Assembly: GCF_038025025.1 (NCBI RefSeq)
Contig: NW_027117340.1
Coordinates: forward strand, 1,612,001-1,676,000
Direction of reading: 5' to 3'
Length of the DNA stretch: 64,000 bases
DNA from: Phyllosticta citribraziliensis
Taxonomy: Eukaryota
Under the pieces are notes generated by a model. The model had not been told where the DNA came from and ran no database searches. It was given only the letters and a program-made list of their open reading frames with translations. Of the stretch, positions 1 through 10,083 are shown one piece after another (the first letter of the stretch is position 1; the number at the start of each line of letters is the position of its first letter). The position numbers and the translations under genes are program-made.

Positions 1-314
1 CGAGTGCGGCCATCAGCGCCTTTTATCCAGCGTTGCCGTCGTCGTCCCGTCCGGGTCCTACGCGGAGGGTGCAGAGGCCGAGGAGGAACTCGGTCTGGGT
101 TGCGCAGGAGAGGACTGACTGTGGAGTCATGTAGAGAGACAGACTTGATGCTGAGAGACGAGAGAGCGTAGAGCTGGTTTCTTTTGTCTCTTAGAAGGTT
201 CGGAGTGTCTTCGTATGCGCTGACATGAAACGTTTTATAGCCTACAATTCAAGTTTTCCTTCCGAAGGTTTTCTGATGCGAAGTTTCCCGTGAAATGAAA
301 TGAAGTACGAGAGA

Positions 315-947
315 ATGTCTGGCCATGATTTATCAAAAGAGTCAAGTCAAGGTCAGGAAATGTTCTGATCAGTGTTTCAGAGATGTCGACAACGTGATTA
401 CTCTGTAGCTGCCATGTTCAAATTCGATGGAATTGTTCTTGTTAGCCAGATGCATACAAAAGCGCGTGGCCCTCCCAGGATTGAAAGGGGCACCGCTTCC
501 ACAAGAACCAAAAAAACCATGGAAGGGTCTTACGAATTGCGAACAGACCTGATGGTCTCGGACGAGCTTGCCAACTTCGACGTGCGCTACCAACACGTGC
601 CAATCGAGAAGCGCGCCGAGACGAAGGCTCAATTCGTAGAGCACTACCGCAAGGAGCTCGCGAAGGACATCTTGCACTGGCAACGCGTCCCGACCGACTA
701 CGGCAACAAGATGTGGAAAGCGAAGGTGGGAGAAGCCGCGCTCTACGAGAGACGCTTCCCAACCCCTGGAGCCAGCCAGCAGGCTGCGATGGAACTTCCA
801 GAAGGGCGTACGTACTGGGGTAAGTGGGACGTCCCGCACAACCCCAACGCCTCCATGACCGACCCGTTTCGTGCCAAGCGCACCCAGAACTCTTCCGCTC
901 GAGAGGAGCGGGCCGTGTCCCCCAAGGGCACGAGGACGATTGATTGA
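315..947 (+). CDS. hypothetical protein (start uncertain: ATG 315 with a possible intron 352-408, or ATG 414)
   Basis: Open frame 372-947 with a protein-like composition. Splicing out 352-408 (GTCAGG...CTGTAG) joins ATG315 in frame to MFKFDG. No recognisable domain. Confidence 0.35.
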
Positions 948-1209
948 GTTTTCTTGAGCATTGACGGTAGGGACGCCAAGGAGTGGATTCGGAGATTTGT
1001 CGAGATTCCCCGGGCGTTGAGTTTTTTCATTTCCTGCACCGAGATTGTGAGTTTCGTAGAGAATCAGACGTAGAAGAAGCAATGCGATAGAATTCTCATG
1101 AGTTGAAGCGCCCGATTGCCTGACGTGACGTGCTGAAGTGCCTGGGTGCCTGAGGTCTGGTGGTCCTGGGGCGGAACGGACCCAGGATTTCGTGCATTAC
1201 CATCCAGAG

Positions 1210-3641
1210 TTAAAGCAAGAGAGCGGCGAAATTGGCGAGAAGGAGTTCAGCAAGGCGCGAGAGGAACTCGCCAAGAAGCTGCTGCTGAAGAGCATCTGAT
1301 GTTGATTGAGCAGCACTTGGGTTGGGAGGAGAAGTCTTCCACGTGCCTATTCGTCCCTGGTTGGAAGCGCCTGTAAGTTCTCCCTTAGTACAACTGAGGC
1401 TTGGTCGAAAAAATCGTGGCGCACACGACATTGGTAGGGAGCTCGGGAGCATTCAGGAGTCTATGAGAGTAGTGATCGGGAGCATTCAAGCCCTGTTTCG
1501 CAGAGCTTTGGGATTGTGTGCGCAACCTTTGGTTTCTTTTATTTCCGATTCCTTTACTTCCGATATGACGCTCTTTCAGATGGTTTCTGAACTCTTCTTC
1601 GCATCTTCTTGTGCTGCGAAGACGGCAATACGATCAAGAAGTCCACGTCTGCCAGTCGGCTTTTTCGCGCCTTGTTTTGTTGTATGTCCTCCACATCTTG
1701 TCATCGTTGAAGTAGGTTGGCTGTTGTGGTGCATTTTGTTGAGTTGCCAGGGCCGTATACAACTTGTCGACTTCCTTGTCGTCCTCAAGTAGGGCCTGTT
1801 CCTTCTTCCTCTTCTTTTCATCTTCTTTCTCCTTCACCTCTTGCTCGTTCTTGAGCTTCTTGTGGCTCTTCTTGTGGCTCTTATCATGACCTGTTTCAAG
1901 TTGATCTTCGAGATCAGGAGTAGTTGTGCGCCTTTTCACTGCTTTTTTGGCCGCCATGATTGTATTTTCATCGCTGGTGAGCGGCAATTACTCATAAATG
2001 AGTTGTCTTGCGTCGCGGTAGCTGGCAGCAAGAAGGACTGACGTGCACCTGTAATGGCATCAAATGGTGCGCAGACTCCCACCACCAGGTGTCTCGCTTA
2101 ACGGGCCGCCAGCGACAGCATGGCTTTTGGCTTCGTTTCCCCTCGAACACGACAAATTCAATTGGCTGCCACTCGTCACCGCGGGGAAGGAATGCTGCAA
2201 GGCTGTTAGTTGCTGCTGTCGTTGTCTTCATCGTCATCAACGTTAGGGGGAAGGACATACGAAGTAAAATCGCTAGAGAAGAAAAATGAAGGGAGCCAGT
2301 ACGCAAAGAACCCTTAGCTGACCTAACCAGCGATAGGTGTCCTCAGGCAGGCGTAGGAATCGGTAAGCCGGAGGACGGGACGGGAACCGGTCCGAACTGT
2401 CCGGCCCGAAGTTGTCCGTGTGGTTCCTTCGCTTAAGACGCTGACTAAGGACTGTAGCGCACGGGCCAGACGCAGAAGCATAAAACTTTGCGTACGGGCT
2501 CCCTTCATTTTTCTTCTCTAGCGATTTTACTTCGTATGTCCTTCCCCCTAACGTTGATGACGATGAAGACAACGACAGCAGCAACTAACAGCCTTCCTTG
2601 CAGATGGAATCATTTCTATAGTAAACGCCTTCTTCTGAGCTCCTTACAAGAGCCACAGAATCTCCAACCTGGCTGATGACTGCAATCCCCGGCGCCCTAG
2701 AGTGATGGCATGTACGGCGGCTTCGGCCGCCGTGGAAATGATCTCAACTCTGGCGGTTCTTCGACTTCGGTCGTCCCGTCTGAGTGGGCGCTGGTGGACG
2801 TCTGACAGGCTTTGATTCCTTTTGGTTTTTGTTTCAATGTAGCAGTCCGCAATCAAGAAAGAATTTTCTCTGAACTCTGTGCCTTTGCCTTGCCGTGTTT
2901 TGATCTTCGATCGCCCACCACTCCAACCATGCAGTCCAGGTGCGTCGCCGTCTTCCAACCTCAGAAACTCCGTCGTCGCTGACTTGAAGCCGTTGCAGAG
3001 TGCAGCCACTTCAGCCCTACCGGTACACGAACCCTCCCGAAAGCCCGCATGGCTCGCCGGCCTCTGCTTCCGAATTTTTCTGCTCGGCCACCCGAATTGT
3101 GAATTATTCATCGGCATGTCCGGAGACATTTCGAAACATGATTGTGTCTCTGCTTGGGGTCGCTTTCAGTCAAGTGCGAAACCTTGCCGCAGAACCGTTT
3201 GAGCCACGGCCAGATGGTCAAGGCGACGCGCGCTGCCATCTGGAGAGAACGTGCACGACACGGCGCGTCCATTTTCGACGGCTTGGCTTCCAATTCGGAT
3301 TTGAATCTGCGCACGTCGACATGCGCAATGCGCCACCAAGCACAAACTGAGCACTTGGCGAGGCTGTTTTCATGGTCATGGGCCTCATGGACGAGGCATT
3401 GATGCTTGTCGCCGTCTTCGCTTGGTCTTGATCGAGTTATGCAAACTCTGGTTACAGCTCCCGTTTCGATCTTCGATCCTCCCAATTTGTAGAGCGCATA
3501 CGCGAGAGGGGTTTGTCCTGAGCACAACTGGTTTCCCTCATTGGTCCCGGCGACTGTGTCTCTCGACACTTTCGGGACGAAGCGCCAATCGACAAGTGTC
3601 GCTAGAGACGCGAGGCCGTCGGAGGAAGGATTCGACGTCAT
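1210..3641 (-). pseudogene. possible decayed or interrupted hypothetical gene
   Basis: Chain of same-strand ORF fragments (3108-3641, 2644-3129, 1992-2198, the Lys/Glu-rich 1634-1958, then frames broken by isolated TGA/TAG stops down to about 1210), with the inverted-repeat element in the middle. No family recognised. Confidence 0.25.
2199..2595. repeat. long inverted repeat: 110-bp arms (2199-2308 and 2486-2595) with a 177-bp spacer; MITE-like or hairpin element
   Basis: The arms are reverse complements with one mismatch (A2298 vs G2496). The ORF track shows the same peptide, MRTGSLHFSSLAILLRMSFPLTLMTMKTTTAATNSL, on opposite strands. Confidence 0.97.
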
Positions 3642-3990
3642 GTACAGCAGGCGACGTGATTGGGCGGTGGAACGAGGCGCAGGGAAAGGGTTCGGCGGCT
3701 GAGGCGTGGCTTTGGTGGCATCATGGGCCTCCGAGCATCCGGCAGCATGTGAGCACCTCATGTCGACGGGACCTGGGACCTCCGCTGGGGGCCGCGCTAG
3801 GCAACAATTCGTGCCTGGCCCATATCCGCGACACTGCGCCAGCGTTGGACCATTGGCACCCCCAAACCCTCCCCGCGACCACCATGGCTGCTTCGCCCAC
3901 CTAAATCCAACGTCACTGCTCACGTACCATCTGGCACTGCTCATTTCCTGTCGAAACCACTCTCCGGTACCGACGACGATACCCAGGACC

Positions 3991-6792
3991 ATGAGTGCCT
4001 ATTACCAACCGCAGCCGCTCCGTCTTCCTCGTCGCTCTCAAGCTCGCTCCACTCGCGCCGCCTCCTTCGCCAGCTCGCTCGCCTACCAGGAATCCTCAAT
4101 ACCAGACGTCGATTCGGACACTTCGGATGTCGAGACTGAGGTTGGAAGGGACCTTCACACACCACTCACAAGTCCTGGAGGCCCGCGCTTCGAGGACCTT
4201 CCGCCGAGCTATGAACAAGTCCAGGTTGAGGCCATTGTGAGCCGCGTTGGCGACCTGGGCCGCGAGGAGCACCTTGAGCTGCCGCCCCCACCACCACCAC
4301 CATTCGAAGACCATGCCGCCAACCGCCTTACCTTGAACCGACTCAGCATCCACAACAACCTGCAAGATGAACGCTCGAGGACCCCGCGCCCAAGGCCGCG
4401 ACCCCAATCATCCCAATCATACCAAGGAGACGATCCGCCGCCGTTTGAAATCCAACAGTCGGCCGAGGAAGACATACTCGACCGGGCGTTACGCTTTACG
4501 CACCCACTGCACAATACGAGCAATTTAGAATCGATGCCTTCCGCACGGTTACCACGACCGATAGCAATTCCGCAGTTCCAGTCCCATGTCGAACGCGCAG
4601 GCACCCTCGCCTTTTTCCCTTCATATGCGCCGACCCTCGAGGCTTTTGGCATCCGGGCAGCACTATTCCTGGCATTCCTCAAGGGTCTGACGACGGTGTT
4701 TTCGTCGCTGCAATGGCCCGACTACGATGAGGACGCAACATGGCACCTCATGGAAACGTACCTTGCGCGGGCCAATGCCGTCTTCTTCGCCCCACGCGGA
4801 CTCATGGTGCGCATCGTCGACATGGAGGGCTTGTTGGGCGCGCTGCGCATCAATGAGAGCCGCGTCGGCCTGCGCAATGCGCTGCTTCGCGACGTGCTGC
4901 GACCGGGGGCAAGCGAGGGCGAGCGCGTCGAGATGCTGGACCCGTGGGTCGAGCCACTGATCTGGGAAGATCTTCCCACAGATCCTCTCCCTGACCTGCC
5001 TCCTGAAGCAGCGGCCCAGTACGCGGATGAAAAGGCAGAAGCGCGGCAATGGGCCGCGTTGATTGAGGAGGAGGAGGAGGAAGAAATCGCTGCGGCGGCT
5101 GCGAAAAAGGATGAGCGGCAAGAGACTGCCTCTCTTGCCCCCAGCACCTCATCCTCATCGTCCAAAAGATCTTTGAATACGCCGCCCTCGTCCACCGCTT
5201 TGTCCAAATCTCTGCCCCCTGTGCCCCCAAAACGTGGTATGCCCCCGAAATTTTCCCTGGCACACCGGCCGCTCCCACCGCTCCCCGGCGCCTTGGGCAA
5301 TCTGCCTTGTGCGGTCCAGCGTGCCGCAACCTTTGCCGCGCGCGCCCAGGCCTCGCGAACACGCTTCTGTCCAGGGCCGTTCCCTCGGCCAGGGCCTTTC
5401 CCCTGCGTGCCATTCCCCACGGCGGGACCTCTTCCACCGCTGGTTCCTTTGCTGCACCGCAGCAACAGCAGCATCCACAAATCTGGTGCCAAAGGTAACG
5501 GGAGTAAGAGCCGGAGCAGCAGCAGCAGCAGCAGCGGCAACATCAACATCAATAACAACAACAATGACATCGAAGGACAACCTGTCCCGCCCTGGGCGCA
5601 GAGCTGGACGCAGTGGGGCACTGATTACAGCAAAAAGTGGGAAGACTGGGGCCAGCAATTCAGCAAGCGCTGCGAGGAGTATGCCAGCGATTTCGGCAAG
5701 CGCGCCGTCGCATGGAACAGGGAGCTCCAAGAAAAGCGACGCCTGGGCGGCATTGGCCTCGGCGCGGGATTGGGCTACGGGTACGGCAACGGCGGCTTCG
5801 GGGAATGGCGAAAAGCGGGATGGGGAGAAGCCAGAGGCGGTCGAGCCGGCGGCCGCGTGCAGAGCTTGAACCTGGGTCAACATCATCCGGCCATGAGGGC
5901 CACCAACTATCCTTATCAACCGGGCCATCGGCGCGGAGCCAGCGAGACGGGCTGGGGCCCCAGCAGGACCATGCCGCTGCGTTCTGTGTCGGTGAATGAC
6001 ATGCGAAGAGAGGACCACGGGCTTCAGACGCCCGACATGCCACCCGAGGACTTTGGCTGGTACACGCCGAGCATGCAAACGCCTGTATCCGCCACGACTA
6101 ACGGCGATGCCCACAACGACGCAAGCAGCAGCGTGTACAGCGCGAGCTACGACGGGCGCAACAGCGACGACGAGGGACGCAGCGACGCCGGCAGCAGCGA
6201 CGACGAGTGGGACACCGAGGCCGAGCAAGACTCGATCGAAGTCGAGTTCCTGCGGCGGATGAAGGAGATTGAAGACGACGCGACCGAGGCGCTGCGCAAG
6301 GGCAAGCGCTCGCGCGACGAGATTGAAAAGGAGCGCGTCAAGGCCGTCGTCGCGGCCGAGTCGGCGCGCGCTGCTGCAGAGAGTCGCCGCCGCGACAAGC
6401 GCTCCCAAATGCGCGCCCTCAAGGACGAGTGGCGCCAGAGCCGTGCGGCGAATCGTGCGGCGCGCAAGGAGCTCAAGGGCCTCCCTCGTGAGCAGAGGAG
6501 GGCCCTGCGCGCCGAGCAGCGTGCGGCCTGGCGCGTTGAGAAGGACAAGCTCAAGGCGGAGTGGAGGGAGGCGAGGCGTCTTTGGAGAGAGGGCAGGAGG
6601 GAGGAGCGAAGAGACCGGTGGGCCGCGAGGAGAGGCGCCAACGAGAAACATGGCGTAGGGCCCGAGTATTGGGGGGGAGAAGGAGGAGGAGGGGGTCAGC
6701 AGCAGCGTGGTGGCGGCGACTACGCCGACCTCCCGTACGGAGGGGTTCATCTCGAGGGCCTTCTGTGGGTCGTGGTTGAGAACTTGGAATGA
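3991..6792 (+). CDS. conserved fungal hypothetical protein, 933 aa, with Pro-rich, Gly-rich and charged coiled-coil regions
   Basis: Intronless ORF from ACCATG at 3991. The core PRPIAIPQ...FFPSYAPTLEAFGI...FLAFL...YLARANAVFFAPRGLMVRIV and the C-terminal LLWVVVENL resemble an uncharacterised fungal family (recalled as BuaE-like, unverified). Confidence 0.85.
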   Translation: MSAYYQPQPLRLPRRSQARSTRAASFASSLAYQESSIPDVDSDTSDVETEVGRDLHTPLTSPGGPRFEDLPPSYEQVQVEAIVSRVGDLGREEHLELPPPPPPPFEDHAANRLTLNRLSIHNNLQDERSRTPRPRPRPQSSQSYQGDDPPPFEIQQSAEEDILDRALRFTHPLHNTSNLESMPSARLPRPIAIPQFQSHVERAGTLAFFPSYAPTLEAFGIRAALFLAFLKGLTTVFSSLQWPDYDEDATWHLMETYLARANAVFFAPRGLMVRIVDMEGLLGALRINESRVGLRNALLRDVLRPGASEGERVEMLDPWVEPLIWEDLPTDPLPDLPPEAAAQYADEKAEARQWAALIEEEEEEEIAAAAAKKDERQETASLAPSTSSSSSKRSLNTPPSSTALSKSLPPVPPKRGMPPKFSLAHRPLPPLPGALGNLPCAVQRAATFAARAQASRTRFCPGPFPRPGPFPCVPFPTAGPLPPLVPLLHRSNSSIHKSGAKGNGSKSRSSSSSSSGNININNNNNDIEGQPVPPWAQSWTQWGTDYSKKWEDWGQQFSKRCEEYASDFGKRAVAWNRELQEKRRLGGIGLGAGLGYGYGNGGFGEWRKAGWGEARGGRAGGRVQSLNLGQHHPAMRATNYPYQPGHRRGASETGWGPSRTMPLRSVSVNDMRREDHGLQTPDMPPEDFGWYTPSMQTPVSATTNGDAHNDASSSVYSASYDGRNSDDEGRSDAGSSDDEWDTEAEQDSIEVEFLRRMKEIEDDATEALRKGKRSRDEIEKERVKAVVAAESARAAAESRRRDKRSQMRALKDEWRQSRAANRAARKELKGLPREQRRALRAEQRAAWRVEKDKLKAEWREARRLWREGRREERRDRWAARRGANEKHGVGPEYWGGEGGGGGQQQRGGGDYADLPYGGVHLEGLLWVVVENLE

Positions 6793-8414
6793 CGGCATCA
6801 CGACTCTGAATGACATGCTTGCCACCCTCCTTTCTTCCATTGTAAAGCACGCGGCGACGGCGGCGGCGCGGCGGCGTTTTGTTTCTCAAGCTGTCTAGTC
6901 TGGCTGGTTGGCTGGCTGGCTGGCGTATTGGCGAGTAGGTACGGTAGGTGGGTTGGGTACCTTGGTGTGGGTTGAGGTGTTTTTCATTGACAATCAGACA
7001 AACCAAACCAAACCAGACGAATCAGCGAACTATCCATCCATCTCAACCCTACATGTACCCAACCACGCGGGCGGCCCGGCGGGCTCGGACCAGGGAGGGA
7101 ATACCAAGGCGTCCTTGAGTCTTTCTTTGGCGATGACGATGACGAAGAATGAGGTACAGATTTTTGCAAATCAAAAAGATGCATGCATTCCTCTTGGCTC
7201 TGCTGAGGTACATACAAACCTACGTCTTTTTTTTTTTTTTTTTTGTCTTGGGTCTTTGGCCATGACACCGGATGGGTGGGGGCCGACGCCCTCGCTGTTA
7301 GCTCGTGCGTGGAATTGGTTGGCCGTGATGCTACCCTGCACTTGCCGCTGCGACTGTCTCGTCTTGGCTTCTCTTGCGGGAGTGGAGACGTTTTGGTGAT
7401 GATGACGATGATGATAGCATTGCAGGCAAGGAAAGTAAACAGGAAGAAAAGCCATAGACGACATAGTGACTGACATGGGAAGCTATTTCACTTCCTCTAC
7501 CTGTTTGTGTATGTGTACACCTAACTATGTCACTTTGTGAGGTTCAAGACATGCAGCAGCAGCTATGAGGCTCGTGGTCGACAACCAATAATGGCTCGGG
7601 TCGCCTCGCAGAACAATGTAATTGCCTGATGCAGCTAGCGCAGGCTGCCCTCGGCCCCATCGAAAAAAGGAACCTTACCACGGCAATGCCACCCGCTCGG
7701 GTACCTACTGGTGTGGGAACATGTGGGGTTGGTGTGATGGGACGGCATGCGGTTCTTCAAGGAGGACCAAATGGTACCTAGCCGGGCAGCCTTTTCGTCC
7801 TCTCTTTGCACATACGTGACCAATCGTGGTGGGTCTTTTTTGCTTTTGATGGCCGGATGTGCATGCCGAGGCGAGGCTGAGTATGGGTCGCTTCGCAGGG
7901 CCAAGCCATTGCCTCGTAGTATCCCAGTGTGTAGGTGTGTGGGGTCAGTGTGGTAGGACGGCTTGCGATTTTTTCGAGAACTGTCTTCTTTTTCTTGTTG
8001 TGCCAGACACGGCCAATGGCGCCTCCTCTCTTTTGGCTGTGCACGCCGAGGCGGGCTGTATGGACTTTGTTCGACCTTCTCCTTTGGTCGCGGAGTGAGG
8101 CTCGGCGGAGTATGCTCCTAGCGAATGAGTGAATCTGTTTGTGGTGGAAGTGATCGATGGACCCACTTGCGCGCTTTTGCTCACTCACACTCCACCCGAT
8201 GACATCGTGATCGCTTGTATATGGTGGTGGAGGTGGACAAGGTACGACTGCTGGCTGGCTAGCTGGCTGGGCTGGCGTCGAACGAAGCGAAGGAAAGGAC
8301 TGGCCCAGTGACTTTTCGCAGTGGTGATTGGGACAACAGCGGGGGAAGAGAGAGAGAAGAGGTCTCAGAAGAAAAGATGAGGAGGACGAGGAGGAAGATG
8401 ACGACACCAGAAGG

Positions 8415-8420
8415 TATAAA
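8415..8420 (+). promoter_or_regulatory. putative TATA box (TATAAA) of the secreted-protein gene
   Basis: TATAAA about 140 bp upstream of ATG 8556, followed by a pyrimidine-rich leader. Confidence 0.5.
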
Positions 8421-8555
8421 GGGAGGACTGGGACGTAGAGTTGGGGTTCTTCATCTAGCAGATCAGATCCCCATCAGCATCCTTGGATACCTTCGCTTTA
8501 ACAGCCAGCTCTTCAGACAGTCGTTCTTCACGTCTTCTTCTCATCCACCATCACA

Positions 8556-9318
8556 ATGAAGGTCTCGTTCATCTCCCTCTTCGCCTTTGCCGGCATCTTC
8601 GCTGGCGCTCTTGCCGCCCCTGCTCCTGGGGCTGCCGTTGACACGGCGGTCATTGAGAAGCGCGATGTCGTTGACAACGCGATTCCAGTCGTCACTAACG
8701 CCGTCCCCGCCATCAAGAAGACATCTGCAGCGATCCGTATGTGTTTGACATGTACCCTGGTGTGGATGAGAAGAAACAGAAGCATGGACTGACAACATGA
8801 CAGAGGCCAAGGTTCAATCCGTCAAGGAGAACACATTGGACAGGTCTGCAGCCGTGACGGAGATCCAAGTCCTTCTCCAGGACCTCAACACGGAACTTGG
8901 AGAGCTTAAGAACGGGCTCACGGGCGCAGCTGTCGCGAAGCTCAGGGCTCGCCAGACCGGTGACGCGATCAACACCCTTGCAGCGGCCGTTGCAGAAATC
9001 GTCACGGAAGTCTTCAACGCCCTGAGCGCCGTGTCGACCATTCTGAACCTTAGTAAGTGACAGGCCAATGTCGAAATGTGGATGCGTGATGGCTGCTGAT
9101 GCTGATGGGCCGTAGCTACTGGGACACTGGCCACGGTGGTCCGAACTCTTGCGGCGACCCTGAGCGCGCTTTTGACCACGGTCCTCGGCTTCAACGATCA
9201 ACTGGTCGTGGTCCTGAATGGACTCGTCGATGGCACGTTGATTGCGCTCAACAACATTCTGGGCGGGCTTCTGAACGGCGTGGCTGACCTTCTTGACGGC
9301 CTTCTTGGTATCTTGTAA
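8556..9318 (+). CDS. small secreted Cys-free amphipathic-helical protein (Sc15/cell-wall protein-like); introns 8737-8803 and 9053-9115
   Basis: Signal peptide MKVSFISLFAFAGIFAGALA, propeptide ending in a Kex2 KR site, two GT-AG introns that join three ORF pieces in frame, and a Leu/Gly-periodic C-terminus (LNNILGGLLNGVADLLDGLLGIL). Confidence 0.9.
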
Positions 9319-10083
9319 GCGAAAGTCGAGAGTTGCAAGGCAATCAGGGGCAGCAGGGTTTTGAGGTGGTGGGAAGGACGCTCCTTTGGTTTTCGGATTT
9401 TGATTTTGAAGATTAGTATGTCGTTGAGCAATGGAATCTGATTTGCTCTCGGTTTGATGCGTAGTGGGTGAGGTGGGGATGGGGATCCCTGCGACCGAGA
9501 CCGCCGAGGGCAATGGGCGTGGTGATCGAATGACGACGCCGCGACGACGGGCGTGGGCGAGGATCCGATGCGGAGAAGCGGGCGCCCGTTTCTATTCTCG
9601 TTCGCGACGAGATGATTCGAATCTCAACACCACGAATTTATCCTGAAGCGCCAGCACTGGAATGCCCGCTCCCCTGCGCCCAGACCGGACTCGCAGCCAA
9701 GCGCCCCGTGCTGCGACATTCCCGCTGCTCCGCCCAATCTCAACCTGACCTGAGGGAGATAGACTTCTCCCATCCTATCCCATCCCATCCCAGCTTGCCC
9801 TCAGCCCAGTCTCTCCGTCGTTCGTTCGTTCGCTCGCTTGCCTCCCCTCGCTCGCTTTCCATCCTCGCTTCGTACACGTCTCTCGTTGATCTTCACCCTC
9901 GGGCTTTTTCCATTATCGCTGCATGCCCGTATCTGTGTGCTGTAGCCACATTGCCGCCTCCGCATCCTGCCGCCTCCGTCTTACGCCTCGCCAGCCAGGA
10001 CCCGCTGTCAACCCCGTTTCTGACATCAATCCTCGAACCTACAACCCACGCTCCTCTGCGCTAGACTCTGCTGCAGTCGCTTC

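Noticed and set aside
2199..2595. CRISPR, retron or bacterial IS interpretation of the inverted repeat
   Set aside because: Fungal nuclear context, no direct-repeat/spacer array, and no RT, Cas or transposase ORF in the window.
5155..6840. 561-aa minus-strand ORF and other long ORFs overlapping the 3991-6792 gene
   Set aside because: Antisense shadows of a GC-rich CDS with no domain motifs. The same applies to the shadows of TM9SF, ROK1, GT2, LRA1 and the Boi-like gene.
7397..7474. C/D-box snoRNA candidate (TGATGA...CTGA)
   Set aside because: The TGATGA is part of a (GAT)n microsatellite; no terminal stem or rRNA guide is evident.
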